Assembly: GCA_963845065.1 (NCBI GenBank)
Contig: CAWJQQ010000009.1
Location: 736,001-800,000, forward strand
DNA: 64,000 bases
Reading direction: 5' to 3'
Origin: Nitrospirota bacterium
GTDB lineage: Bacteria > Nitrospirota > UBA9217
Of this stretch, positions 32,176 to 43,613 are shown one piece after another. A program made the translations under genes and the position numbers. Below the pieces are notes generated by a model, which worked only from the letters and a program-made list of their open reading frames with translations, ran no database searches and was not told the origin of the DNA. Every line of letters begins with the position of its first letter. Position 1 is the first letter of the stretch.

Positions 32176-32672
32176 TGAAGGACATCAGAGAAGGCAAAGA
32201 CTGGGGAAAGAGCGGAAACCAGCAGTTCCATAAATGGCCGTTTGACCGGATCGTCAGGATGCTTACGTACAAAGCCAGACTCAAAGGCATCCGCGTTGTA
32301 GAAGAAAAGGGGCACTACACGAGCCAGACCTGCTGTGTATGCAACACAAGGGATAAGGCCAGCCGTGTGCATCGTGGTCTCTACGTTTGTAAGCATTGCG
32401 GCGCCGTAATCCATGCTGACGTGAACGGAGCAGTCAACATTCTTAAAAAGTATCTCCCGGAACACAAAGGTGTCTCCTGGAGTAGTGGCTGTTTGGCACA
32501 GCCTTCGGTCAACCGGTTCGCCTGGAGAAATACCAGGCCAGTAGCATCAGCCCATGAATCGGGGACGTGGCAAACATCTCTGCCGCATCCGAAAACAGAA
32601 TCAGCAGTGGCTCTCAGTAGCAGGAGAGCCTGATTCGGGAATCCCCGTCCGTGAGGCAGGGGAGGATGTCAA
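32176..32672 (+). pseudogene. tnpB: tnpB C-terminal half of a different IS605 element with right end
   Basis: NQQFHKWPF..LTYKA, YTSQTCCVC, CKHCG, HADVNGAVNI; end GAATCCCCGTCCGTGAGGCAGGGGAGGATGTCAA. Confidence 0.85.
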
Positions 32673-32853
32673 CTCAGTGATACGACACTGTACTCATGAG
32701 ACGGTACTCACAATGCTGCAATGCCTTTCGTTCTATCTAAATGTGATCGACCATGGCCCAAAAAGACAAAACTATGGTCTTGATATCGCATGAAGTACGG
32801 GATTTGAGGCACGCAACGGGAGTCAGTCCTGAAAAGCAAGAATGGTCGCCGGC

Positions 32854-33741
32854 TTATCGCTCTCGTAATCTTCGGATGAGTTCTTCCAGTTTGTTGTCCG
32901 CCTCAGCCGGAAGCAGGGTGCACGCGCCTGACCCTCGGTGTCCTCCACCTCCGAAATCGCTGCACAGGCGGCCAATATCGGTTGTGCACGTCCGGCTTAT
33001 GATGCTGTGGCCTACGGTAACGGCTATGGACTCCTTCCGCGGCCCCCATTGTAGTCGTACCGAAACATTGCATTCTGGATAGATGAGGTAGATGAGAAAC
33101 CGGTTGCCCACCGGAGGCTTTTCAACAGTCCTGAAATCCGTTACAATTACGTTACCGTCTGTCCTTGAGTGGTCCTGCAAGGCCTGCAGAGCTCTGAGGT
33201 CGTTTTCCTTGCAAAGACGAACTCGCCGTGAAATCTCCGGTGTCGCAAGAACTGCGTCTATATTGGAGGTTTTCAGAAGCTCCACCAACACCGAGAAAAT
33301 ACCCTTGTCGATTCCGAGGCCTGTTCGTGGATCGATTGTGAACCCGAGAAGAATCGCCCCCTGCGGGTTGGAAATATCCTCCACCGACAACTGCGCTGAG
33401 TCGAACCGGTCCGTTTCCACAATCAAAGGTTCATATCGCCTGAGTTTATCGGACCGGTAATAATCAAAGACCACTCTGGCCACGCTTGGCATCAGGGCAT
33501 GTTTCCCTCTGTAGATTTCCGGTGGTTTCCTGTTACTGTCGGTGAGTTCATGATGGTCGAACCACATCGCGCAAGCTGGATGATAGGGAAGATTGGCCAG
33601 AATATCTCCCACCCGGACATCGAACTTCCCATCTGTAATATCCTGGGGGTGAATGAGTTCCAGGGAGTCAACCGGTTCCATGGTGGTAATTTGTACGGCT
33701 GACACCACACCATCAAGATCGCCTCGTGTCACGAGTCTCAT
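32854..33741 (-). CDS. DHH-family phosphoesterase (NrnB/exopolyphosphatase-like)
   Basis: DLDG, FDHH and GGGGH motifs; GGAGGAG RBS. Confidence 0.85.
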   Translation of the reverse strand: MRLVTRGDLDGVVSAVQITTMEPVDSLELIHPQDITDGKFDVRVGDILANLPYHPACAMWFDHHELTDSNRKPPEIYRGKHALMPSVARVVFDYYRSDKLRRYEPLIVETDRFDSAQLSVEDISNPQGAILLGFTIDPRTGLGIDKGIFSVLVELLKTSNIDAVLATPEISRRVRLCKENDLRALQALQDHSRTDGNVIVTDFRTVEKPPVGNRFLIYLIYPECNVSVRLQWGPRKESIAVTVGHSIISRTCTTDIGRLCSDFGGGGHRGSGACTLLPAEADNKLEELIRRLRER

Positions 33742-33935
33742 CCGATTGCTCCTCCCGTTTTTTTTATTCGATTATAGCACTGCGAAGCTTCGGACGCAAC
33801 TGGGCAACCAGAAAGTGGGCAACCAGAAAGGCCACGATGGTGACAAACCACTAAGGTGGTCTTTCGTATTGGTTCCCATTATGTTATACTGTACCAAATC
33901 CGTGTAAACACATGCCAGGCTACGAGGATGAATTT

Positions 33936-34625
33936 ATGAAGAAGATTGTAATCAACGAAGCGATCGCCGCCAGCATCGACAAGGGATCGAGTATCTTGCA
34001 GCGCAAGGACATGAAACTGTTCACCGCGAGGACGAACGACGAGGCACTGTCTATTCACCGTGCGGAAAGAGTGAATCTCATTATCTCCCGGGTAGATTTG
34101 CCCGGTACAGCGTGCGAGCAGCTTTTTGCGCCGATGAGGAACGATGCCACGCTGCGATCAGTTTCCCTGCTCCTATTCTGTCTGGACCGACCTGGTGACA
34201 GAGTTCGAGCAGAACTGTGCAGACCGAACGCAATTATGGCACTGCCGGTTAACAGCGCACTCCTGCTCGAAAAAGCGGAATCCCTCCTGAATGTCCCAGC
34301 CAGAGAATCGTACCGCGTTCTCTTGAGCGCAAGCATCGTTGGCAGCAGCAGGGACCGGTCCTTTTTCTGCAGATCGGAAAACATCAGTGTAACGGGATTG
34401 CTGCTCGAAACGGAACGGAGCCTGTCGCTAGGTGACTGGTTGACCTGCTCGTTCTTTCTCCCTGATACCAAGCAAATCACTGTTGCAGGTGAAGTCGTGA
34501 GGATAATAAACCTAACAGACAAATCAGAAACGAAACGGTACGGCGTAAAATTTGGTAATGTTCCGCCGGAGGACATCGCAGCAATAGAAGCCTTTGTGAA
34601 GAAAAAAGCAGAGAAAATGCGGTAA
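33936..34625 (+). CDS. degenerate receiver domain plus PilZ domain protein
   Basis: REC-like N-terminal half lacking the phospho-Asp; RESYR (RxxxR) and NISVTG; GEVVR...YGVKF. Confidence 0.8.
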   Translation: MKKIVINEAIAASIDKGSSILQRKDMKLFTARTNDEALSIHRAERVNLIISRVDLPGTACEQLFAPMRNDATLRSVSLLLFCLDRPGDRVRAELCRPNAIMALPVNSALLLEKAESLLNVPARESYRVLLSASIVGSSRDRSFFCRSENISVTGLLLETERSLSLGDWLTCSFFLPDTKQITVAGEVVRIINLTDKSETKRYGVKFGNVPPEDIAAIEAFVKKKAEKMR

Positions 34626-34689
34626 TCGAAGGCGCGTGATCGAAATATTTTGCAGCGTGATAGTGAAGTATAATTGTTTTGCCTATTCC

Positions 34690-34860
34690 AAGAGCGGAGA
34701 ACTACTTCTGCGTTATGAACTCCTGGTGACAAAAAACGTCATATTACGGAAGCAACACAAATCCTACCTTCAGCTTACCGATGGCGAGCGAAAAAACCTT
34801 GGTCTAAGATTGGAAAGCGGTGGTTATCAAAGGTAGTCCTTTTTGGGTAAAGAGCTCTTC
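34690..34860 (+). pseudogene. N-terminal fragment of an integrase-core transposase
   Basis: ELLLRYELLVTKNVILRKQ..LQLTDGERK resembles the N-terminus of integrase-core IS transposases; truncated. Confidence 0.45.
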
Positions 34861-35130
34861 GGCACGCATCATGGAAATATTATGAACATATTCATTGCGA
34901 GTGTTATCACTAAAGGATAGGCAAGATGCTATACTATGCGGCAAAATCAGTGCATAGGTATGGGCATCCTATCAAGTGTCGCGAGAGGCTGGATGGACGT
35001 CTCAAATATTATTACCATCCGGTTGCATGGTTTTTTTAGCGATGTGCTAAAGGTATCGTTACTAGTAGAAGTTTTCTGCACTGAGTAGATGATAGACATA
35101 TTCTAATGAAGAGAGGTTGGACAGACATCG

Positions 35131-36297
35131 ATGAAAAGTGAATCGGAACAGAGAATAATAAAGCTCCAACAGGAGCTGAAGGCCAAGGAGATCGACGGAG
35201 CCCTTTTTGTCTATCCCATTGATATTTATTATTTCAGTGGGACTCGGCAGAACTCTATACTTTGGATACCGGCGGATGGCGTTCCATTTCTCCTAGTTCG
35301 CAAGAGCCTCTCCCGTGCCCGGGCGGAAAGTTACATCGATGATACCCGTCCGTTTCCGTCAAGCAGAGAGTTTCCTGCTCTCTTTGGCGCGGAGATCAGA
35401 AAAATTGGTCTCACTTTTGACGCAGTGCCGGTTCAGCAGTTCAACTACTACACAAAGCTCTTCGCGGGACGGGAATTTGCTGACATTTCCGAGATCAACA
35501 GGGACATCCGCTCGGTCAAGTCGGCATGGGAACTGGAACAGATGCGCCACAGCGGTGCTCAAATAAGTCGCGCGTTCTCACAAGTACCCGAATTCATGAA
35601 ACCGGGAATGCGGGAGGTGGATCTTTCAGCCGAGTTCGAGCGGTGCCTTCGAAAGCTCGGAAATGAAGGGTACGTACGGATGCGAGCGTTCAACCAGGAG
35701 CTATTCCAGGGCCTGACAATGGCCGGCGAGAATGCCGCGACGCCCGGCTTCTTCGACGGGCCGGTTTCCGGCCGCGGACTCTCCAACGCATCTCCCCAAG
35801 GGGCTTCCACAGCGATTATCGAGCGGGATGTCCCAGTGTTTCTTGACTACACTAACATCTTCAACGGCTATATCGTGGATATGACGCGGATTTTTGTTTT
35901 CGGCAGTCTTGCGCTCGAGTTGGAGAAAGCTTTCGCGACTGCCCTCCGTATCCAGAAGTATCTGGCGGACAACCTGAAACCCGGGATCATCTGTGAACAC
36001 CTTTTTTCAAAGGCCGCGTCCATGGCGGAGGAGGCAGGTATTGGGAAAAACTTCATGGGAGCGCCTGGAGAGAATGCACGGTTCGTGGGTCATGGGGTCG
36101 GGCTTGAGCTCGACGAGCTTCCAGTCCTTGCCCAAGGGTTCAAGGCACAGCTTCAAAATGGTCAGACCATCGCCATCGAGCCGAAATTCGTCTTTCCAGG
36201 CCGTGGGGTGATAGGGATTGAGAATACCTTTGCGGTGAGTAGCGAAGGGGGAATAAAAATCACCGACTTTATGGATGATATCGTATATCTAAAATGA
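35131..36297 (+). CDS. Xaa-Pro peptidase, M24 family
   Basis: Creatinase-like N-domain; metal ligands FLDY, VDMTR, GHGVG, IEPK, GIEN. Confidence 0.92.
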   Translation: MKSESEQRIIKLQQELKAKEIDGALFVYPIDIYYFSGTRQNSILWIPADGVPFLLVRKSLSRARAESYIDDTRPFPSSREFPALFGAEIRKIGLTFDAVPVQQFNYYTKLFAGREFADISEINRDIRSVKSAWELEQMRHSGAQISRAFSQVPEFMKPGMREVDLSAEFERCLRKLGNEGYVRMRAFNQELFQGLTMAGENAATPGFFDGPVSGRGLSNASPQGASTAIIERDVPVFLDYTNIFNGYIVDMTRIFVFGSLALELEKAFATALRIQKYLADNLKPGIICEHLFSKAASMAEEAGIGKNFMGAPGENARFVGHGVGLELDELPVLAQGFKAQLQNGQTIAIEPKFVFPGRGVIGIENTFAVSSEGGIKITDFMDDIVYLK

Positions 36298-36390
36298 TAA
36301 AGAAAAGGTGAATGGGTAATGAGCTGACGTGCACCGGGAGGTCATTACGTAGCGTATTGCCAAAGCACAGCCCCTCATCCTGATCTCTAC

Positions 36391-37029
36391 TTGATGTCTA
36401 TGCGATCGAACGTTCCGAGAAATCGTTATAAGAAGCCCCAGCAACACCAGCGCAGTAGCGTGGAGGTCGACGTCGAATCGCTTCTGTCGCTTGAGAATTG
36501 CTGCAAAGGCTGCGTAAAGAGCGAACGGTGTTGTTGCTCGTCGTACGAGGTATGCATTACCACTGCAGAGATGAAGAGAATCATCAAGGTCCTGCCTGAA
36601 GCTGCCAAGTTCTGTCCCCACCTCCTAACTGCAGGGGGATACGACAACGTGTTCGAGCAAGAGGAACCCGGGTTTTTTTCCATCGACACAACCGAGGATG
36701 GACTCTGCCTCTTCGCCTACTGGTACCATCACCGGATCCATTGCTCTCTGCACACCGTCGCATTGACACTAGGCTTACCCCTTGCGCAAGTGAAGCCGAA
36801 GGTTTGCCTGCTCTGGCCTATGCACTTTTCGGAAGGCAATGAGGTTCTGGCCATGATCAACGATGCATTTTTGTTCAACTGCAATGTCCGGAAAGAGCCG
36901 GGTTCTCACAGTCTGAGCCCTGGCTTTGTCGAGGCAATCGAGCTGGTGTATGGCGAGGGGTGCGGTACCCAGGTAAAGCACGCGGCGGAGACCGGAGACC
37001 GACGCACGTTGCTTGTCATAAGGCGGTGA
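36391..37029 (+). CDS. Cys-rich DUF3109/YkgJ-like protein
   Basis: CKGC...CCC, CLFA, CSLH, KPKVCLLWP. Confidence 0.7.
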   Translation: MMSMRSNVPRNRYKKPQQHQRSSVEVDVESLLSLENCCKGCVKSERCCCSSYEVCITTAEMKRIIKVLPEAAKFCPHLLTAGGYDNVFEQEEPGFFSIDTTEDGLCLFAYWYHHRIHCSLHTVALTLGLPLAQVKPKVCLLWPMHFSEGNEVLAMINDAFLFNCNVRKEPGSHSLSPGFVEAIELVYGEGCGTQVKHAAETGDRRTLLVIRR

Positions 37030-37899
37030 ATAATGTTCGAGGACATCTCAGGAGCGCTCATTTAAAGGGCAACGTCAAGCGAAAGTACCTACTCGCTGGC
37101 GCGATCCGGTACGTTTTTCACCGAGCCATTTCATTAACGATATGTTCAACATTGCCACGCTTCTATCCTGTTCGTGTTTTTATTCACTGAACTAGTTATC
37201 TCTACCAAAAGTCAGCAAGCCTCGATGGCCATCGGAATATGTTTCTACACATGATCCGCTTGTAAAGAACAGGCCGTTAATGTCAGCAATGCCCCAACTG
37301 CTGAACCGTTGACAACTCCTGTGCCCGGTGTTTTCCTACTCCGCCTCCTTTCGTGACTGAATAATAGGGATGTTATGATCCGCGTTCTGCTACTCACTGT
37401 CGATACTTTAGCATTGCAACTGTAAATATCAATGAAAAAGATTCAGGTATTATTCGAATTTGGGGTTGAGTAGGTTATATTCACGCTACGACGTTTAAAT
37501 GAAGTTTCTACTATAATATAATTACGTCAATCTTACTTCGGTGGGGATAGTGTAATTTCATAATAAGTTAATTATTCTGTAACAGAAAATTCATATAGTT
37601 GAAATACATTGATGTAAGTGGTTGCTACGTTGTATTTAGATTGTGGTAACTGCTATTACTTTGATGACATGATGTTGAAAGATGGATTAAAATCTTGCAG
37701 GCCGTCTAAAATCGGGATGATAGGTTCATAAGTGACAGTTGGTTGCTAAACGCTGGACAATTTTAGGACTGGCATAAAATCAGAGAATTAATAAGGTGAA
37801 ATAAACAATAATGTCTCAAAACGATAAACATTTCAAGACATCTAAAAGATATCGATCATGATTTTTTCAATCAAATTTGAGCATAAAAGGAGGTTCACT

Positions 37900-39972
37900 G
37901 TGAACCTGTATACGAAATTTTGTCTTGCCCTCGTCCTTGCAGTATCGCTGTTGCAGGTTGCTTGCATCCCTGGAATGTCCTCTAAATCGTTGACTATGGA
38001 TGATCATGCAAGGTATGAAGCGTGGCAAAAGCCCCCCATCACTGACCAGCCCGTTGTTGAGGCGGACGTCGCCCCATACATCAATGATTCAGCCTCGGAA
38101 CCCGAGCTGTCAAACGAATTGCTCGTGCAACTGTTGCAGGATAAAATCAAATATGTCTTTGTGATCTTCAACGAGAACCACTCGTTCGACAACGAATATG
38201 GCACGTTCCCGGGCGTTAACGGCCTCTACTCAGACGGCCAGAAGCCTCGTTCCTCCGAGAAAACGCCCGGCTTTACCCAAACCTACACGGACATCAATGG
38301 TTTGACCGTCACAGTACGGCCGTTCCGGCTCGGTCCCGAGCAGAACTCTACCGTCGTCGACAGCGTCGACCACTCTCACATCGGTCTCGCGACCAAAATC
38401 CACGTCGTTAATGGTGTGGCACAGATGGACAAGTTTGCTTACGACGAGTACACTCGCTTTGCATCAAAGGGAGGCGCGGCTAACGTAGATAAGGGCACGC
38501 AGTTCGGGCGTCTCGTAATGTCGTATATCGACTGCGATACCATTCCCTTCTTCTGGCAGTGGGCAAGTCGATTCACTATCTTTGACAACATCTATGCAAC
38601 TGAGGACACACCCTCCACCCCGAATGCGGTTGCAATGATTGCGGGGCAGTCGGGTGAAACGCAGTGGGTTAAGCACGGCCCGAACGGTCAGATCTATACC
38701 GTGGGCACCAACACTGGCACCACGCAAGGTCCACCGCTCGTCAAGGATCCACAACCCTTCTACGGTTCTCAGTTCGACATGACGACGTCGGACAAGCAAC
38801 CCGCTGGTGCGAAAGAGAACTACTCCAACAGCGACATCGCCTCAAACCTGACCTTCGCCAGTTTGCCGCTTACCTTCCAGGGCTTGAACATTGCGAAGGT
38901 GATGGAGCACAACCTGGATCCGGTTTTCGACCTGCCTGATATTCGGCAGGACATCCCTTACATCCAGCATTTAAAGATAAAGGCCGTCAATTGGCGATGG
39001 TATCAGGAGGGCTACGATCTTGAGTCCACAGACACGAACGGGGTAGCCTCGCACTTGTCCTACGTCAGCCACCACCAGGGGGCCCAGTATTTCGGCTATA
39101 TCGCTAACACGCCGCCTCTTCGCCAGAACTTCCGTGGCATGACCGACTTCTTTACAGACATGGCGAACAACGCTCTGCCCCATGGCGGCGTATTCTATAT
39201 CCGTGGAGGCTACATTAACCAGATGGGCCTGATGCCGCCGATCACAAACCCAAGTACAACGGGCCCGGAGGTTGCCGCGATTTACGCGGCGAAGGCAGGC
39301 GATGATGACCACCCAGGCTACACCGACCACCAACTGAGCGAGTCGATGGCAGCTCGTGTGATCAACGCGGTCGCGGCTAATCCGGAGATCTGGGAACGCT
39401 GTGCGATCATCATCACCTATGATGAGTCAGATGGATTCTATGACCATGTTCCTCCGCGCATCCTCTCCTATGGCCCTGACGGATTACCGCTTTCCCGTGG
39501 TATCCGCATCCCCCTGATCTTAATCTCGCCCTACGCGCGGACACATGTTGTTTCGCATATTGAGGGCGACCACAATGCGGTGATTGAAACTATCAACGAT
39601 GTCTTTGGTCTTCCCCCGCTCGCAAGCCTGCCAGATGAGGCTGAGGCACTCGCGGCTGGTAACTCAAAGGAATTTAACAAGTTTGGCCCACCTGGATTCG
39701 AGCAGAAGTACCTCGGGCCGCGCGACATCAATTCACCGATTACCGACAGCCTGTTATCGGGTTTTGATCCGAAGCGGCTGATGGGCATGTCGCCCCCGCT
39801 ACCGGCATCGTTCGCGATGATTCCGGATAGTGTCGTAAACACGCTGCCGCACTACAATGGGCACGGCTGTCAAGCGATCGGAATAACGCCTGAGGATAGC
39901 CGGCAGGGAATCGCCAACGATATCCCCGTGGGCTTCAACCCCCTTCCGAGCACCTATCCGGAGGCTAACTGA
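37900..39972 (+). CDS. phosphoesterase (AcpA/phospholipase C family), probable lipoprotein
   Basis: AGGAGG RBS plus GTG; lipobox QVAC; ENHSFDN, DDHPG, TYDESDGFYDHVPP, RIPLILISPYA. Confidence 0.88.
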   Translation: MNLYTKFCLALVLAVSLLQVACIPGMSSKSLTMDDHARYEAWQKPPITDQPVVEADVAPYINDSASEPELSNELLVQLLQDKIKYVFVIFNENHSFDNEYGTFPGVNGLYSDGQKPRSSEKTPGFTQTYTDINGLTVTVRPFRLGPEQNSTVVDSVDHSHIGLATKIHVVNGVAQMDKFAYDEYTRFASKGGAANVDKGTQFGRLVMSYIDCDTIPFFWQWASRFTIFDNIYATEDTPSTPNAVAMIAGQSGETQWVKHGPNGQIYTVGTNTGTTQGPPLVKDPQPFYGSQFDMTTSDKQPAGAKENYSNSDIASNLTFASLPLTFQGLNIAKVMEHNLDPVFDLPDIRQDIPYIQHLKIKAVNWRWYQEGYDLESTDTNGVASHLSYVSHHQGAQYFGYIANTPPLRQNFRGMTDFFTDMANNALPHGGVFYIRGGYINQMGLMPPITNPSTTGPEVAAIYAAKAGDDDHPGYTDHQLSESMAARVINAVAANPEIWERCAIIITYDESDGFYDHVPPRILSYGPDGLPLSRGIRIPLILISPYARTHVVSHIEGDHNAVIETINDVFGLPPLASLPDEAEALAAGNSKEFNKFGPPGFEQKYLGPRDINSPITDSLLSGFDPKRLMGMSPPLPASFAMIPDSVVNTLPHYNGHGCQAIGITPEDSRQGIANDIPVGFNPLPSTYPEAN

Positions 39973-40210
39973 AAATGGATAAGGCAGGATGGTGTGCGTC
40001 CTCGTCGCATTCCACACTCCATACGCTATCGTTTTACTAACAAGGGGCGATTCGATCTGGATTATGATAAGCGAACACGCTACACAATTAGATGAGAAAA
40101 AGAAATATTGCAGCGAAGATTCAGATTACAATGCAATCTCTCGGCAACAAAAAGGAAAAAAATGAAGAAAAAAAGCAGTCGCTTTAGCCACCAGCTTGCG
40201 AGGAGGATCC

Positions 40211-41188
40211 ATGCGTTTCATGTTGGTTTTGCTAATCCTGATTTCAGTCTGCTGCATAATCTCCGTCGCTAAGGCGGGCTCCGTCGTTGATCGTGTGAAA
40301 ACACGCGGTATCGTCCGCTGTGCCAGCGTCGAACGGCCGGGCCTAGCAAGCGTTGACGGCGAAAAACATTGGACCGGCCTTAACGTCGACGTTTGCCACG
40401 GGATCGCCGCAGCTGTTCTTGGTTCTCCCGAGCTTATCGAATACCACGTATACGAAACGCCGAAAGATTTTGATGCCGTGCGCAACCAACAGGACGACGT
40501 TTTCTTCCTGACGGGCTCGGAGATCAATGAACAAAAACTGGCCGGCAAGGTGGTGCCCGGTCCCACTATCTTCGTGGAATCCCACGCGGTGATGACTGCA
40601 TCCACATCGACAGTGCACCATGTCGACGATCTTGCCGGAGACAGTATTTGCTTCCTGATCGGTAGCTCGGTCGAACGGAGCCTCTCGGCTTATTTCGTCA
40701 CGCTTAAGAAAGGTTGGCTACGGCGGGCATTCTCAGAGGACGGGGAGATGATCGATACCTACAATGTACAGAATTGCCACGCTATCGCCGGAGAAATCAC
40801 GACCCTTGCGGAGATCCGACTTGAGCGGGGCGTGAACCAGCTATCAAGCCGCATACTCCCGGAACCGCTGACGGCTTTCCCGGTAATGGCAACAACGGGA
40901 ACCGATGATGCGCAATGGTCCGCGATTGTCGCATGGACCGTTCACACACTGATCAGCGCGGAGAGACCGGAAATGCTGTGGTACGCAGGTGGTGCAGGGG
41001 CGATGCCGATTGCCGCGCCGGAGTTGGGTCTCGACAAGGAGTGGCAACTCCGCGTTCTCGCGGCCGTGGGGAACTATGGGGATATTTTTGAGCGACATCT
41101 GGGCAAGAACTCCCCGCTCAAACTCGACCGCGGTTTAAATGCAAACCAGCTCCGAGGAGGACTACTTCTAAGCCCGTTTCTTGATTGA
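40211..41188 (+). CDS. amino-acid ABC transporter substrate-binding protein (AapJ-like), orphan
   Basis: Signal peptide; RVKTRGIVRC, VDVCHGIAAAVLG, VGNYGDIFERHLG...RGLNA; no permease adjacent. Confidence 0.82.
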   Translation: MRFMLVLLILISVCCIISVAKAGSVVDRVKTRGIVRCASVERPGLASVDGEKHWTGLNVDVCHGIAAAVLGSPELIEYHVYETPKDFDAVRNQQDDVFFLTGSEINEQKLAGKVVPGPTIFVESHAVMTASTSTVHHVDDLAGDSICFLIGSSVERSLSAYFVTLKKGWLRRAFSEDGEMIDTYNVQNCHAIAGEITTLAEIRLERGVNQLSSRILPEPLTAFPVMATTGTDDAQWSAIVAWTVHTLISAERPEMLWYAGGAGAMPIAAPELGLDKEWQLRVLAAVGNYGDIFERHLGKNSPLKLDRGLNANQLRGGLLLSPFLD

Positions 41189-41597
41189 CTCGAAAAGCTG
41201 CCATTGTAATTGACACAGATTTTGAGGAAATCCTCTATGTCTTTTTGTTTTATAAATTACAACTTCTTAATGAATTTATTCAATTCATCTTCTTGTTAAG
41301 ACACTGGACCTAATAGCATGTTATTGCTAGAATTACAACGAATGAGAAAAATCAAAATAAGGTAGGAACGGTGAAGGAGTAGACACTTTGACTTAGCACG
41401 GACAATTCAGCTTTTATAATTTATCATAAGCAACTTATTGAAGCACCTCATACAATTAGTGAAAATTCGTTTAGTCATCTGAAGGCAATCTAGATTCTTG
41501 AGATTGTGGCATATAGTATGAACTCATTCTAGAATTCAGCGGCAGCAGTTGCATAGCGAAAGATCTTCTGATCTACACCGGAAATGGAGAGTGACGT

Positions 41598-42008
41598 CTA
41601 TTCATTGGTTGAGACCATTAGCCGTTCCTTATCCTTGAACAGCATATCGCATTTATTGGCATAGAGCTTCATTACAATACCCTTGCCAAACGTTTGGTGA
41701 TTGACAATGTCGCCTATGCGGTATTTCGATGTCATGCTGTAATCGCATTCTTTTCCTTTCGCTTCCGCAAGGCCGGCTTCCCAGATAATCTCCGTTGTTG
41801 CTGCTTCTCCAACGCCTCTTTTCGCTCTCGGTTTCCGGACTTTTTGAGCGTCAAGAGGGCTCCTGAATTTGTGCGAACTGCCACAACTTTTACATCTCAC
41901 TTTGGAGACCACCTCTCCATTCATCGCCATGATGGTATGATCGAGATTTAGCTTGCACTTCCCGCAATAGGAGTCGATGTTTTGACCTGCCAAATAATTT
42001 TCCACCAT
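41598..42008 (-). CDS. conserved hypothetical protein with Zn-ribbon (CxxC...CxxC..H)
   Basis: CGKCK, CKSCGSSH, HQTFGKGIV; GAGGAGG RBS. Confidence 0.8.
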   Translation of the reverse strand: MVENYLAGQNIDSYCGKCKLNLDHTIMAMNGEVVSKVRCKSCGSSHKFRSPLDAQKVRKPRAKRGVGEAATTEIIWEAGLAEAKGKECDYSMTSKYRIGDIVNHQTFGKGIVMKLYANKCDMLFKDKERLMVSTNE

Positions 42009-42549
42009 ACTGCCTCCTCATAATGCCGCTATTGTTTCGTACAGATATCAGTCTTTGAAATTGCTCGAAAATAGGGGTGGATTCGAAACCGTCAGAATTC
42101 TATCTATCCTTTTTATTTATATAGACATCATATGGACATCATACATTGTATTTGAGAAAAAAGCTCTAACTCATTTTGTAAAAAACGGGCTAAACGTCTG
42201 CGTTCAGAATGAATTGCTGTTTTTTGATAATTTGACCGAAGTTTTTGCAACTTCAAAAGCTCCTAGATTTAACCATGGGGATAGGAGTTGCAGTATACAG
42301 AATAAAATTTATACAATATTTTGATATTACTGAATAAGTATTCGATCTTTTATTATATTGAATATGGCCTATTTCTCGACTTTGCTCTTACCGGTACGGT
42401 TCGGTCAATGGAGATAAACACCTATGGACAGGGAACGTGGGAAGGCTTCGGCTCTGCCGGGAACTACTGGGAGGCGACTATTCGAGTAACTGATATAGAA
42501 AACGTTCGTTACACCGATAAGAAGATGATCTGGCTGGAAACGTCACGCA

Positions 42550-42760
42550 GTACTGCAAACTTGAGGGACGCCCGGCTAAACTTAAGCTCGGCTGGACGCC
42601 GGCCGGGATAAAAAAATGGCCGAAAACTCGGAGGCCGATTACGAACTCAAGCCATGAAACAAAACCCGAACGAAATTGCAGCCCGACTTGTAGTCCTCGA
42701 TGTACTAAAACCTTCTGGGAGAGCCCCTCAATTATTTGAAATTGGACAATATATCGGGAC
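42550..42760 (+). pseudogene. highly degraded IS3-family orfB C-terminus and right end
   Basis: NLRDARLN (compare KLRDECLN), KKW, PNEIAAR fragments; end-like TTGGACAATATATCGGG. Confidence 0.4.
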
Positions 42761-42919
42761 GTGACTATTGTATAAGAACCTTGAATGAGACTGAAACAAT
42801 ATCTCGCAGGTCGGCATGGTACTAATTAAATTTGTTACAGATCTTATCCGTTTAAGCTAGTGTGAGAGTTGGTGTAGGCAACCTGCCGGCCAAATTACAA
42901 TAAATATTGATGCTGATCT

Positions 42920-43396
42920 CTATTTACGGCACAAATCTTTTTCCATAATGATGACGGGATGTGAGTGATATATCGTTTTCTCCTTCACTATCCAACCTAA
43001 TTTTGAATAGAATAGTTCAGGAAGATTGATATCAGTTGTGAACAGAAACAGCTTGCATATTTTTAATTCGGCAGCCTTTTTCTCAGCAGTCTTTGCCAAA
43101 CTTGAGCCAATCATTCTTCTCCTCCACTGTTTCGCCACGTATAGGCTGGTAAGCCAGTGCGGCACATCTTTTCTCGTCTCCATGTCAAACGACGTAAGAG
43201 ATACCGTGCCTACAGGCTTTCCTGCTTCAAAAGCAACCAGAGTTAAGGGGAGCTTTTCCTTATTAATCCTCTCTCGCAACAGACTTACGGCATATTGTAG
43301 TGTCATCTCTGGATACAGATATGACCACTCATCGTATATCCAAGCAGCAAGAACAGGTATTAATTCTTGATGATCGCCCAAATATTGAATATCCAC
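42920..43396 (-). CDS. GNAT family N-acetyltransferase
   Basis: WLTSLYVAKQWRRRMIGS (motif A); FYSKLGW. Confidence 0.9.
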   Translation of the reverse strand: MDIQYLGDHQELIPVLAAWIYDEWSYLYPEMTLQYAVSLLRERINKEKLPLTLVAFEAGKPVGTVSLTSFDMETRKDVPHWLTSLYVAKQWRRRMIGSSLAKTAEKKAAELKICKLFLFTTDINLPELFYSKLGWIVKEKTIYHSHPVIIMEKDLCRK

Positions 43397-43613
43397 TTAT
43401 ACACCATTCTTTCAGAGTGAAACAATTATTAATCTTATGACATATATTTGTTATCGGGCCTCCGTGAAAAGGTCCTGGTTTCAACCGTGGGAAGAGGTCA
43501 GAGGAATAATTGACGTGTTTGTTCGCGATGAAAATCTATCAATAGAGCAATTGAGTTCTATTGTCGCCCAGCGAAATATCCGGTCACGGTGAATTAATGA
43601 AACCTTTTATGTC

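Noticed and set aside
33801..33830. Tandem 15-bp duplication TGGGCAACCAGAAAG x2
   Set aside because: Only two abutting units with no spacer; simple slippage duplication
42070..42095. tRNA T-loop-like TTCGAATCC (minus strand)
   Set aside because: No cloverleaf or acceptor stem
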